Shown here: one piece after another, positions 29,769 through 39,591 of the stretch
Layout of the letters: every line of letters begins with the position of its first letter
How positions within the stretch are numbered: the stretch's first letter is position 1
NCBI GenBank assembly: GCA_014323935.1
Contig: JACOND010000009.1
Location: forward strand, 7,469-71,468
DNA length: 64,000 nt
Reading direction: 5' to 3'
Source: Bdellovibrionales bacterium
GTDB lineage: Bacteria; Bdellovibrionota; Bdellovibrionia; Bdellovibrionales; UBA1609
Translations under genes and position numbers: made by a program
The notes under the pieces: model-generated
What the model saw: the letters and a program-made list of their open reading frames with translations, nothing else
What the model was told of the DNA's origin: nothing
Databases searched by the model: none

Positions 29769-31225
29769 TTAATTAAAAGCAAAAGAGTTTCATCAAAAAG
29801 GTCTTTGGCTTTTTGCATTTTTTCAGGACTCCCATTAAAAATAAAAACAAAGACATATTGTTTTGTTTCAGAACCTGCCCAACCTGCTAAACCTAAAACC
29901 CCTGAGAGGGAACCAGTTTTAGCTCTTACAAAAGATTTAGGAGGAAGATTTTCAAAACGTTTTTCTAAAGTACCTTCACCCCTTGCGAGAGGATAAGAGG
30001 ACAAAAACTCTGGTTTGTAATATTGATTTTCAATAAGTAACAAAGATTTCTTTATGTCTCTTGGACTCAATTTATTATTACGACTTAGACCCGAAGGTTC
30101 TTCAAGTGTCAAGTCTCGAAATCCTTTCTGATTGAGATAAGTTTGAATTTTTTTCATTCCTAAATCAAGATCTCCTTTCTTTGCCCCTTCTAACAAAGGG
30201 AGATGACTCACCAACATTCGAGTTACAAAGTTACTAGAATACTTCATCATATTGTAACTGTGAAAAGGAAAAGCTCGACTTTTCCACTCCGCTAAAACAA
30301 AACAAGAGCTTTGACAAGAACCTTCTTTAACCCCCTTTGAAATTTGAATTCCTCTTTGCTTTAAAAAAGCTAAAGCATTGTATCCTAACCACAGAGCAGG
30401 TTTTTTAATGCTTCTATATTTTACAATTTCTGTTTCTTTTAAATCAATTTCTCCTCGAATTTCAAAAACTTCTTTATTTTTAAAAAGCTTTTTTCTTTTA
30501 ATAACAATCTTATTTTTAGTTCCTGTTTTAACTTTATTAAGAACTTCTATATAGAGATTTTGAGGATTGGCATAAACAAAGGCCGGATCTTTTAACTTCG
30601 TTCCAGGACGAATATAAAAGGCTACGGAATTCCAGTTAAAAGAACTTGCCCCTGAAGGAGCTAAATAACTTCTTTCTGATTCTTCTAAATCCGTTTCTGT
30701 TTGATACAAACTAGAATCTATTAAAAGATGTCCTTCAACTTGTTTCAGATTTGATCGAGTTAAAACATTTACAAGTTTCCATAAAGATTCTGAAGTAAAA
30801 CTAGAATCTCCCCCTCCTTTTAAAATCAAATCTCCTTTTAAAATTCCTTTTTCAACAAGAGAGGAAGATATAAAACTTGTTTTAAAAGTATAAGAGAGAG
30901 GATAAAAATGATAGAGAGATAACAAGGTGGGAATTTTTGCTAAGGAAGCAGGAATAAACAGTTTGTCGGCATGAAGAGAATAAATACTTTCTGTTTTTTC
31001 TTCCAAAGAAGAGATAATTAAACCTAAGGAACTCAGCTTTAAACCTTTCGCTTTTACTTTTTGTTTAATAGAGTCAGCAAGCTGTTTTTCTTTTAAATTT
31101 TCTAAATCAGATGTTCTTTTAAAAGCTCCCCCATAAACAAAAGAGACTTTAAGCAAAAATAAAAACAAAAAATTCTTAGAATTTTTAAAAGCCTTTTTTC
31201 TTAAAATTTTTATCAAATCAAACAT
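29765..31225 (-). CDS. dacB: D-Ala-D-Ala carboxypeptidase/endopeptidase PBP4 (peptidase S13)
   Basis: PASLAK (SxxK), SSN (SxN), SGLSR and AKTGSL. Confidence 0.92.
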   Translation of the reverse strand: MFDLIKILRKKAFKNSKNFLFLFLLKVSFVYGGAFKRTSDLENLKEKQLADSIKQKVKAKGLKLSSLGLIISSLEEKTESIYSLHADKLFIPASLAKIPTLLSLYHFYPLSYTFKTSFISSSLVEKGILKGDLILKGGGDSSFTSESLWKLVNVLTRSNLKQVEGHLLIDSSLYQTETDLEESERSYLAPSGASSFNWNSVAFYIRPGTKLKDPAFVYANPQNLYIEVLNKVKTGTKNKIVIKRKKLFKNKEVFEIRGEIDLKETEIVKYRSIKKPALWLGYNALAFLKQRGIQISKGVKEGSCQSSCFVLAEWKSRAFPFHSYNMMKYSSNFVTRMLVSHLPLLEGAKKGDLDLGMKKIQTYLNQKGFRDLTLEEPSGLSRNNKLSPRDIKKSLLLIENQYYKPEFLSSYPLARGEGTLEKRFENLPPKSFVRAKTGSLSGVLGLAGWAGSETKQYVFVFIFNGSPEKMQKAKDLFDETLLLLIN

Positions 31226-31361
31226 TTTATAATTTTTTTAATTTTATCAAACTTTCTTTTTATTCCCTCTAAAAACTCTATACTACAAATAAAAGGAGAG
31301 GGATGGGAAGTTTTTTTTCACTCTCCTTTGATTATTTAAAATTTTATAGTAAGTTTCTTTT

Positions 31362-32843
31362 ATGAAAAAGATTTTATATGTCTCTTTTTTATTTTTTACT
31401 CTCAATGGATTTTCAAAAAAAGAAACTTCTAAAGACACTCTTTTTGTCATCTTAGATTCCCGTCCAGAAACTTTAGATCCAAGAAAATCGGTTTCTGCAA
31501 ATGGCATGCGAATGGTAGATTTAATTTTCGACTCTTTTATCAATTTTGATCAAAAAGGTCAATTAAAACCAGGGCTTGCTGAAAGTTGGAAACTAGAAGG
31601 ACTGACATGGATTTTGAAATTGAAGGCGAATTTAAAATTTTCAAACGGACGCCCTGTAACTAAAGAAGATATCTTATTTAGTTTTAAAGAATTTAAAAAC
31701 AATTCTCATTTTAAGCATGCTTTTAAAAATATTGAATCTGTTGAAATTTTAGAAAATCCTAAAAATCAATGGACTGTAAAAGTCACTTTAAAAAAATTCC
31801 AAGCCCCTTTTATCTCCTCTGATTTACCTGTTCTTAAAATTTTACCTCAAAAAGAAAGTCAGTTAAAAAACTTTAACAAATTTCCCATAGGTTTAGGATC
31901 TTGGTCTGTTGTAAAAAATAATTTTAGACAAATCACATTGAAGAGAAATTCTCCCGTTTTCCTTTCAAAACCTCAGTTTTTATCTTTTCAAATCATAAGA
32001 GATAGTTTCACTCGAACTCAAAAAATGCTCTCTCAAGAAATGGATATTGCCCCTTCGGTTCTTCCCTTAATTTATTTGCAAAAATTTAAAGATAAAAATT
32101 TTAATATTTATTCGACAGCTGGATTTTCTACAACTTATTTACTTCTCAATTTAAAAAATAACGTACTCAATCAAAAAGAAGTTCGTCAAGCTTTAGCTTT
32201 AGCTATCAATTCAAAAGAAATCATAAAACACAAACTCTATGACTATGCTGTACCCGCTTTTTCCTTTATCCATCCGGAGAGTTTTTTCTTTCACCCCAGT
32301 TTAAAAGCTTCCTCTTTTGATTTAGAAAAAGCAAAACAAATTATTCAAAAGTTAAATTTAAAAAAGACTCCTCTAAAATTAAGTTGTTCGAATAACTCTA
32401 ACACAAGGGTTAAAGCGAAAGTCTTAGCTAGTCAAATCAGTCAAACAGGACTCAAAATCTCTGTAGAATCCGCTGATTGGGGAACTTTTTATAAAGACGT
32501 AGGTCAAGGAGCTTATGATATAGCTTTAATGAGATGGGTGGGGGTCAAAGATCCAGATATTTACCGCATAGCTTTTCATAGTGAAAACCAAGCCCCTAAA
32601 GGCCGAAATAGAAGTTTTTACAGCAATAAAAATTTAGATACTTTGTTAGAAAAAGCTTTAAGACAAAGAGATCCTCTCAAAAGGAAATTGATTTACAATA
32701 AAATACAAGAGATCATTGCAGAAAATAAGATTGTTATTCCTTTATGGCATGACATGGAAATATCTGTTGTAAAAAAGGATATTGAAAATTATAAAATCCG
32801 AGCTAACGGAGATTTTTTATCTCTTCCTTTTGTCAAAAAGTAA
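31362..32843 (+). CDS. ABC transporter substrate-binding protein, family 5
   Basis: PETLDPR, PGLAESW, FSNGRPVTKEDI and VRQALALAIN; no permease genes adjacent. Confidence 0.9.
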   Translation: MKKILYVSFLFFTLNGFSKKETSKDTLFVILDSRPETLDPRKSVSANGMRMVDLIFDSFINFDQKGQLKPGLAESWKLEGLTWILKLKANLKFSNGRPVTKEDILFSFKEFKNNSHFKHAFKNIESVEILENPKNQWTVKVTLKKFQAPFISSDLPVLKILPQKESQLKNFNKFPIGLGSWSVVKNNFRQITLKRNSPVFLSKPQFLSFQIIRDSFTRTQKMLSQEMDIAPSVLPLIYLQKFKDKNFNIYSTAGFSTTYLLLNLKNNVLNQKEVRQALALAINSKEIIKHKLYDYAVPAFSFIHPESFFFHPSLKASSFDLEKAKQIIQKLNLKKTPLKLSCSNNSNTRVKAKVLASQISQTGLKISVESADWGTFYKDVGQGAYDIALMRWVGVKDPDIYRIAFHSENQAPKGRNRSFYSNKNLDTLLEKALRQRDPLKRKLIYNKIQEIIAENKIVIPLWHDMEISVVKKDIENYKIRANGDFLSLPFVKK

Positions 32844-33377
32844 AAATAAAGATTAACAATTTTAGAAAGAAACAACTATGGATTTTAATATTAAATCAGC
32901 CAGAGAATTTCTCTCATAACCTTAAATCATGTTAAAACAAGAGTTATTACAATCCAAGATAAAATTTGGAAAAAGTCTATATTGAAAAAACTTCAAGCTA
33001 TAAGGAAACTTGTGAGGGCTGTTATTAGTAAAGATTTTTTTCGTTTTAACAGAGCAACAAGTTTATAATTTCCTATTTTTTCTTATATTTATACATTGTC
33101 TAAAATAAATAAAGCTTCTTCTTCATAAGGGTTTACATTATCGAAAAAACTTGATACTTTGAGTTCATATTTTTCCAGGAGGATTTATTTTATTTTCAAC
33201 AGAAGGTTTCCCTTAACAACAATTTTTTCTTTTGGTATTTTGGTCTGAAATATAAATTGATTTGATAAATGCCCTCAGGAGAATAAAGACGAGAGTAAGG
33301 AATTTAAAAAAAAGATTGCTCGAAGTATTATAAAAAAGGTTTTTTATTATATTTTTTATATTGTAAGCCAGTGATTT

Positions 33378-34544
33378 TTGATGTCTTTAAGTAAAAAAAT
33401 TAAGAGTCTTTTATTTTTATCCCTATTTTTGTTTATTTTTGCTTTTTATATTTTAAAACAAAATACTTTACACTTTTTTAGTAAAGACAAAAAAGTTACA
33501 GCAAAATGTTGGAATGAGATTAACTTTAAAAAAACAGAGAAATTGCTATTAGAATCTCCCATTAAATCAAAAATTCCTTTTTATGAATATTATAAACAGG
33601 AACAGCTTTCTAAAGGAAAAACGAGCCAGGAAATTGATAAGGAATATTTTTACAAAGATAGAAGAAAGAAACATTATACCAAAACAAATCTTTTTGTTTT
33701 ATTTTATGATAACGGTCTAAAAGCTATTTTTAGAGTATTTCATAATAGTTTCTCAGAGAGTTTATCTAAAAGTATATCAGCTTATAAAATTTCAGAATTT
33801 CTTAATATGAAAATAGTTCCTCCTACTTTGTTGAGAGAAGTAGACGGTAAAACAGGAACTGTGCAGTTGTTTGTGGAAAATATTTTAAATTTAAATTATT
33901 CTTCAAAATATTTGAAGAATTTAAGCTTAACTCAAAAAAACAATCTTTATCTTTTTTTGTTTTTAACAGGTCAATATGACGTTCATTATGAGAATATTTT
34001 GATTTCCAAAAAGTGTTTTTTGCCAGTTTTTGTAGATCATGATAAATTATCACCTGAGATTCAAGTACAATGGGGAAAGATTCCTTTTCAGTATTATCCT
34101 ATAAAAGAAAATTATATTAATTTTGATAAAAAATATTATGAATCAGTCCCCTTTGAAGAGGCAGAAATTTTAAAAAACCCATCATTTGAAGTTTTAAAAA
34201 AAACTTTTTCAGGTTTAAGTCTTTATCGTATCAATCAATTAGAAAAACTTATAAATCACGACTTTAAACTTGAAAGTATCTCTTACTTTAAATATAAAGA
34301 TGCTTATTTTATACAAGAACCAAGAAGTATATACAAACATCTTTTACCCTCCCCCACAGTCAAAACTTATTCTAAAAAAACGGTCAAAAAACTGGAGCGA
34401 ATGGATGAGAAGATTCTAAAAGATCTAGTGGTAGGATATTTAAAACAAGATCAAGCCTTTATAAATGGTTTTCTTCATAGAAGAGATCTTTTTCTTAAAG
34501 AATTAAAACTTAAATCGGATGTAAACACAATTTATATTAGCTAA
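33378..34544 (+). CDS. membrane-anchored or exported protein with PI3/PI4-kinase-like motifs
   Basis: N-terminal TM; AYKISEFL..IVPPTLLR..G.VQLFV, DVHYENIL and VDHD. Confidence 0.6.
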   Translation: MMSLSKKIKSLLFLSLFLFIFAFYILKQNTLHFFSKDKKVTAKCWNEINFKKTEKLLLESPIKSKIPFYEYYKQEQLSKGKTSQEIDKEYFYKDRRKKHYTKTNLFVLFYDNGLKAIFRVFHNSFSESLSKSISAYKISEFLNMKIVPPTLLREVDGKTGTVQLFVENILNLNYSSKYLKNLSLTQKNNLYLFLFLTGQYDVHYENILISKKCFLPVFVDHDKLSPEIQVQWGKIPFQYYPIKENYINFDKKYYESVPFEEAEILKNPSFEVLKKTFSGLSLYRINQLEKLINHDFKLESISYFKYKDAYFIQEPRSIYKHLLPSPTVKTYSKKTVKKLERMDEKILKDLVVGYLKQDQAFINGFLHRRDLFLKELKLKSDVNTIYIS

Positions 34545-34682
34545 TTATATATCTTTATTAAAAGCTTTCATTTTTCTACTTTGATATAAAGGAAACCTGT
34601 TAGCTATAGGATATCTCCAAGATTCTTTTAAATATTATCTTTTGAAAAACCTAAAAAATCTTTTCAATTTTTCAATTTACAT

Positions 34683-35000
34683 TTAATGCAGTTTAGCTCT
34701 GAGCCATCCCTTAATATATCTTTCTACTTCATTTTGAAGAAATGGTAAAAAATTTGTGTGTATTATTCACTAAGTAAATAACTTGATTAGCTATCTCTTT
34801 TGAGTTTTCCTGCTTCAAAGAAGCCTTATCTAAAATTTCATTTACAATGAGTTGCCTTTTATAAAGCAAAAGAGACGATTTTACTTCTTTCATCTCGTCT
34901 TTGTTGAATTTGCTCATTAAGCTTATCATACTTAGAGAAGTTTTCTAAATTCTTAATTTGTTTTTCTATAGCAAAATATCCTTAAGATTGTTTTTTATGA
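34683..35000 (-). pseudogene. frameshifted remnant downstream of the Panacea pseudogene (includes ORF 34729..34929)
   Basis: Protein-like segments in shifting frames ending ...FLQNEVERYIKGWLRAKLH*; family not recognised. Confidence 0.35.
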
Positions 35001-35009
35001 GTCTTTTTC

Positions 35010-35470
35010 TATTGGTTCTTTATAATAATTTTTTTTCATTACTTATAGAAAATCCTCTAATTTCCTTCCCTCCAAGTTTCATTCCAAGGGCTTCCCTTTT
35101 CATAGATAATAAAACATAATTGCCAAGCATTTAAAGCTCCATATTTCTCAAAAAACAATTTTCATAATTTTTCTTTCATTATCATCAAAATCAGAACTAA
35201 AATCTTACTAAAAATTTCCTAGCTTTTGTTAATCTTTGAGCTTTTTTCTTTATTCGTTTTCATACTTAAACTCGTGATATATACTAGGAAACACACCATG
35301 CTTCTACATATTCATTAGCTAATCCTTTATTAAAAATAGCTAATTGAATCCATGAGAAATGGTAAGACAACTTAAGGAGCTGCATTAAAGTTAAACCCCT
35401 TTTCATGATTCAATCCTATAAATTCACTTGCAATAGCTACAAGGTCATGACCTCTATTTGAGATTGTTCA
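35010..35470 (-). pseudogene. Panacea/SocA-like (DUF4065) antitoxin pseudogene
   Basis: Across frameshifts: VAIASEFI, LTLMQLLKLSY, ISHG, NEYVEAW, VFPSIYHEFK, FEKYGALNAWQL and KGSPW. Confidence 0.8.
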
Positions 35471-35761
35471 AACCCCTTTACAATAACTTTAACCTAAAAG
35501 ATATATTTTGTTATTATTTGATTAGAATTCTAGGTACACATTCGACCGTAATTTGAAGTTCCTATAATTCAAAGAATCACAACATCTCTAGCATATATAA
35601 TAAAGAGTATCTTAATTATTTCCACCTGTCACTTATTCACCTCCTACAGTCAAATATATAATTCCTAAAAAAAGCCTTAAGTAAAAAATGATACTCTAAG
35701 AGTTGGTTATAAAATTTCTTATCATAAGAACTTTTATGTTCTAAAAGTATAAAAACTCTTT

Positions 35762-35891
35762 AGCTGATTTTAAGAAAACCTTTAAAGGAAAGGGATAAAA
35801 TAAGATTCACTCTTCTATCTTCAAAAATATCTTTTTGTATTTCTAGTTTTTTTAAATCACAGCTTTAAAGTTCTTTTTTAGAAAAGATGAG
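35762..35891 (+). repeat. about 130-bp element, inverted copy of 37308..37431
   Basis: The reverse complement aligns, e.g. CTCATCTTTT..AAAAAAGAACTT.AAAGCT.TGATTTAAAAAAA and AATCTTATTTTATCCCTTTCCTTTAAA. Confidence 0.8.
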
Positions 35892-36344
35892 CTGAAGTAA
35901 TTTTTTACTTAGTTTAGGATATGAGTAAAAGTTTCTTAAAGAATTTATCATAACTGAAAGAGGTTTTTTTGTTTTTGGAATAATCTTTTTAATAAATTAA
36001 GCTTGTTATTTTTTTCAAGAATCCTAAAAAAATTTAAAAAAAATAAAAGCTCTTTTTTAGTATTATTCTTATAATTTTTTTAAGAGAACATTTCTTTTCT
36101 TCCAATTGAATAAAATGTAAAAAAACTGAATTTAGTGTTAATTCCTAAACTCTCATAATCTCAACTACATCCTCAACCTAAATAATAAATCTCTTTAATA
36201 CTTTCATAACTCTCTAAATTCTTTTTAATCTTTAGAAAAATGTATTTCTCTACATAAATCCAAGATGAGAATATAAAATCAAATTGTCTCAATTTCTAAA
36301 ATTAGACGTTATTATTAAACTTTTATTTGTAATAATAAAATTAT

Positions 36345-36468
36345 ATGTCATACAAAGTTTCAAAAATTAAATAAAGTTTATTCTCTTAATAGAGCGTTTG
36401 CTATTATTTAGGTTTTAGTAGCGGGGGAGATTTCAGCTTACAACAAATACAGAACCAATGCAAAAGCT
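36345..36468 (+). pseudogene. truncated type IV pilin pseudogene (copy 1)
   Basis: KFQKLNKVYSL...ISAYNKYRTNAKA; 36238-36468 is homologous to 37454-37680. Confidence 0.6.
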
Positions 36469-36545
36469 TGTAAGATTCACTCTTACTTTTGTTCGGTATC
36501 CGGTTGTTCAATCTAACTTGGTGAGTTATTATTATAAATAATAAA
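36468..36545 (+). repeat. direct repeat DR1
   Basis: TTGTAAGATTCACTCTTACTTTTGTTCGGTATCCGGTTGTTCAATCTAACTTGGTGAGTTATT..., near-identical to 37213..37289. Confidence 0.92.
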
Positions 36546-36547
36546 TT

Positions 36548-37108
36548 TTAAGAAAAAACTTTTGGTTTAAAACCCTTCTTGTTGACTAGACTCGCACTGC
36601 TACCCGTCGCTCTAATCACAAATAAACCCTTCCTTTCAGCATAGACACTGGCTTTCTCTTCCGATTTTAAGTAAGCTATCGCCCCATAAATCCTCTTCTC
36701 TTTAAAAATAGGAATACGAACAGGAAACTTTTTTAAATCTTCTAAAAAATACTTCACATGCTTAACCCTTAAAGTCGTTTTTACTTCCACTACAACCATT
36801 TCCTTACCATTACTTGCCACAATGTCATACTCATATTGATCCTTTTCACTTCTGTGTTTGATATTGGGGTAGGTGTTTATAACTTTAATACCTTGTTCAT
36901 TAAGAATGTTTATAAGATCTCCTTCAACAAGACTTTCCATAAATTTACCCCATTGGGTCTCAAAAAGAGATCTCGTCTCTTTTATTTTCTCACCCGTTTC
37001 TTTCATTTGCTTACTTGTTTGTTTTTGAATTTCACGGATTTCTTTTAAACCTTTTTGATTCTCCCTGATAAGATCCCAAATTTCTTTAGCTTGTGGTGAA
37101 ACTGACAT
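36548..37108 (-). CDS. coiled-coil plus PD-(D/E)XK nuclease-fold protein (DUF3782-like)
   Basis: QWGKFMESLV, EYDIVASNG..VVVEVKTTL, IYGAIAY and KGLFVIRATG; AGGAG RBS. Confidence 0.8.
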   Translation of the reverse strand: MSVSPQAKEIWDLIRENQKGLKEIREIQKQTSKQMKETGEKIKETRSLFETQWGKFMESLVEGDLINILNEQGIKVINTYPNIKHRSEKDQYEYDIVASNGKEMVVVEVKTTLRVKHVKYFLEDLKKFPVRIPIFKEKRIYGAIAYLKSEEKASVYAERKGLFVIRATGSSASLVNKKGFKPKVFS

Positions 37109-37212
37109 AAAATCTCCTTAATTTAAAAACTATAATACTACAAACAATTAAAAAAATCTATATAAAAAGAGCTTTTTAGTATTTTATTAAGTAAAGAGTT
37201 TCAAGGCTTTTT

Positions 37213-37289
37213 TTGTAAGATTCACTCTTATTTTTGTTCGGTATCCGGTCGTTCAATCTGACTTGGTGAGTTATTTTATAAATGATAAA
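37213..37289 (+). repeat. direct repeat DR2
   Basis: About 5 differences from DR1. Confidence 0.92.
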
Positions 37290-37307
37290 AACTAAGGAAT
37301 ACCTTCC

Positions 37308-37431
37308 TCTCATCTTTTTAAAAAAAGAACTTGAAAGCTATGATTTAAAAAAATAGAAAAAGACACTTCGGAAGCTAAAAGAGCAAATCTTATTTTATCC
37401 CTTTCCTTTAAATCTTTTCCTAAAATCAGAT
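37308..37431 (-). repeat. about 125-bp element, inverted copy of 35762..35891
   Basis: See the partner copy at 35762..35891. Confidence 0.8.
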
Positions 37432-37560
37432 GAAGAAATTATCATGTCTAAACAAATGTATTTCTCTATATAAATCCAAGAGAAGAATATAAACTCAAAA
37501 ACCTCAAATTCTAAAACTAGTTTTTATTCCTAAATTTTTATTTGTAATAATAAAATTATT

Positions 37561-37933
37561 ATAATACAAAGTTTCAAAACTTAAATAAAGGTTTTTCTCT
37601 TACTAAAGCGTTTGATTATTGGGCTTTTAGCAAACGTTACCATTCCAGCTTTAACAAATACAAAAATGATGCAAAAGCTTCAGCCATGATAAAGTTCAAT
37701 CAACAATATAAACAAAACCTTTAGCTTGTTTTACTATAAAGGGTAAGTTAGAGATAAAATCAAAAGCTTGCACAATTTGTTTTGATGCTAAGTTAGACAG
37801 GTAAATAAAAGAACAGAAAGTTTGTATAGCCTTTGTTAATGATGGTTTAATAAGTAATGGTCCAATTTTTGAAACTGATTTGACGATGTCTATTAAAAAA
37901 GATACATTTAAAGCTGATGGGACATGTGAATAA
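37561..37933 (+). pseudogene. type IV pilin pseudogene (copy 2)
   Basis: KFQNLNKGFSL, IIGLLANVTIPA, NKYKNDAKASAM and a Cys-containing C-terminus ...KVCIAF...ADGTCE*, with frameshifts and stops. Confidence 0.75.
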
Positions 37934-38261
37934 ATCTAAAAATAAAGTAAAAAAAATCTAGTAGCTAACTCAAAGTTAGTCCTCTTTTTTTTAAGCTTTT
38001 TAGACTTTAAAGTTTAATCTAATTTTTTAAAGCTGTTTAAATTTTCTAAAAAATGTAGTATCTTTCTAAATTAGAATACTCGTTTTTTAAGAATTATTTT
38101 TTAATTGCTAATTTAGAAAGCCTTGTAAATTTAGTAATAAAACCAATATCTGTTTTTTTAGCATATTTAAAAAATTTTTTGCATTCTTTTCCAAATCTCT
38201 TGTAGTTTTAAAAAAACACAAAATGAAGACTTTTAAGATTCCATGCAAGCTGTTTTATAAA

Positions 38262-39530
38262 CTACTCAAATAAACTCTGCCTTATAATGTCATAGACTTT
38301 TGTGTTATCTAAAGTTCCTTGAATTTTATGGGCCTTCCATCCTTCTGATTTTATAACAAGTCCTGTTCCTGTGTCCATTTTTGTTGGCCATGCAATGGCA
38401 AAAGGCAGTTTGAGGTTCTCTTTATCCGGCTGTGATAAAAAAGGTAGACCATTACTTTTTCTATCTAAAGGACTTCCATTCTTTGTTTTTTTTGGCAGTA
38501 AAGTTGTACTTTTAAATAAGGTCTTAGAGCTAAAGCGATCGATTAAAGCTGGGCTAGAAGCATTACTGTCTGAGGCGACAAGAAACAAAGTGTTTTTGTT
38601 TTTTTTTATAAAATTTCTAAAGAGCTCAATGGCTTTTAAACTTCTTTTCATAGCTTCAAATAAAGCTTCTGCATTGTTTTTATTTGAAAAATTATCTGTT
38701 CCCTCTTCTTCGACAACTAAAAAAAAATTCTCTCCAAAGCGGGTTAAAAACTTTAAAGCATATTTAGACATCTGAGCAATGCTGGGAGCTGTTTTATGAT
38801 AAGCGGGTAAGCCCTTTTTTAACAAAACCTCCTCTGTTTCATCATTGTAAGTGTTGTCATAAGCAAAAATCCCTAAGACTTTTTTTGCAGATTGAGGAAT
38901 GTTTTTTAATTCTTCTAGAGTATAAATAACAAGGTAATTTTCTTTTTTAGCTTCTTCAATCAAGTTTTTTCCATCTTTTCTTACTCCTAGACCAAAATGA
39001 CCTTTTACCCCTTCTGGAAGAAGATATTTTTCTCCTCCCCCTAACAAAATACTGACATTTGAATAAATTAATTGTTTTGTGATGTGTGAAAAGTTTTTTC
39101 GACTTAAACTATGAGAAGCAAAAACAGCCGTTCCCGGTTCCATTAAAAAACCAGATTGCAACAAACCTGTTTTAAACCCTTTTTGCTGAGCTTCTTTTAA
39201 AAGCGAGGCTTTTTTAAAAGCTTTTTTATTTTTAGTTCCAAAACTATGGTAATTTACTTTTTCTCCGTAGGCATGCACAGTAGCTCCTGCTTGAGAACTT
39301 GCAACTAAATTCTCCTTTAAATGAGGTTTATAAACAGCGATATGAGGCATTTTATCCCAAGAACTTAACCCATCTGGGCCGACTGTGATAATACGAGCTA
39401 AATCCCAGTGGGAAAGAGACATTCCATCGGGATGAAAAAAAATAAGATTACGTTGAATTTTTTTAGAACCACTCAAACAAGAACTTAAACTCAGTAGTAT
39501 TAATAAGAAAAAAAGAAAGTAAAATCTCAT
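38262..39530 (-). CDS. alkaline phosphatase family lipoprotein
   Basis: Lipobox LSSC, HPDGMS, ASSQAGATVHAYG, LLGGG, FFLVVEEEGTDN and IQGTLDNT. Confidence 0.85.
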   Translation of the reverse strand: MRFYFLFFLLILLSLSSCLSGSKKIQRNLIFFHPDGMSLSHWDLARIITVGPDGLSSWDKMPHIAVYKPHLKENLVASSQAGATVHAYGEKVNYHSFGTKNKKAFKKASLLKEAQQKGFKTGLLQSGFLMEPGTAVFASHSLSRKNFSHITKQLIYSNVSILLGGGEKYLLPEGVKGHFGLGVRKDGKNLIEEAKKENYLVIYTLEELKNIPQSAKKVLGIFAYDNTYNDETEEVLLKKGLPAYHKTAPSIAQMSKYALKFLTRFGENFFLVVEEEGTDNFSNKNNAEALFEAMKRSLKAIELFRNFIKKNKNTLFLVASDSNASSPALIDRFSSKTLFKSTTLLPKKTKNGSPLDRKSNGLPFLSQPDKENLKLPFAIAWPTKMDTGTGLVIKSEGWKAHKIQGTLDNTKVYDIIRQSLFE

Positions 39531-39591
39531 TAAAAAATACTTTAATGTTATGAAACTTTTTTACCTTTTAAAGGCTCTTATGTAAAGAGAA

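Noticed and set aside
32844-33377. Protein-like fragments on both strands
   Set aside because: Probably decayed coding DNA, but no family could be recognised.
36468-37289. Direct repeats as CRISPR repeats or integron attC sites
   Set aside because: There are only two 77-bp copies separated by a whole gene, with no cas or intI gene, and no correctly spaced RYYYAAC/GTTRRRY pair enclosing a long hairpin.
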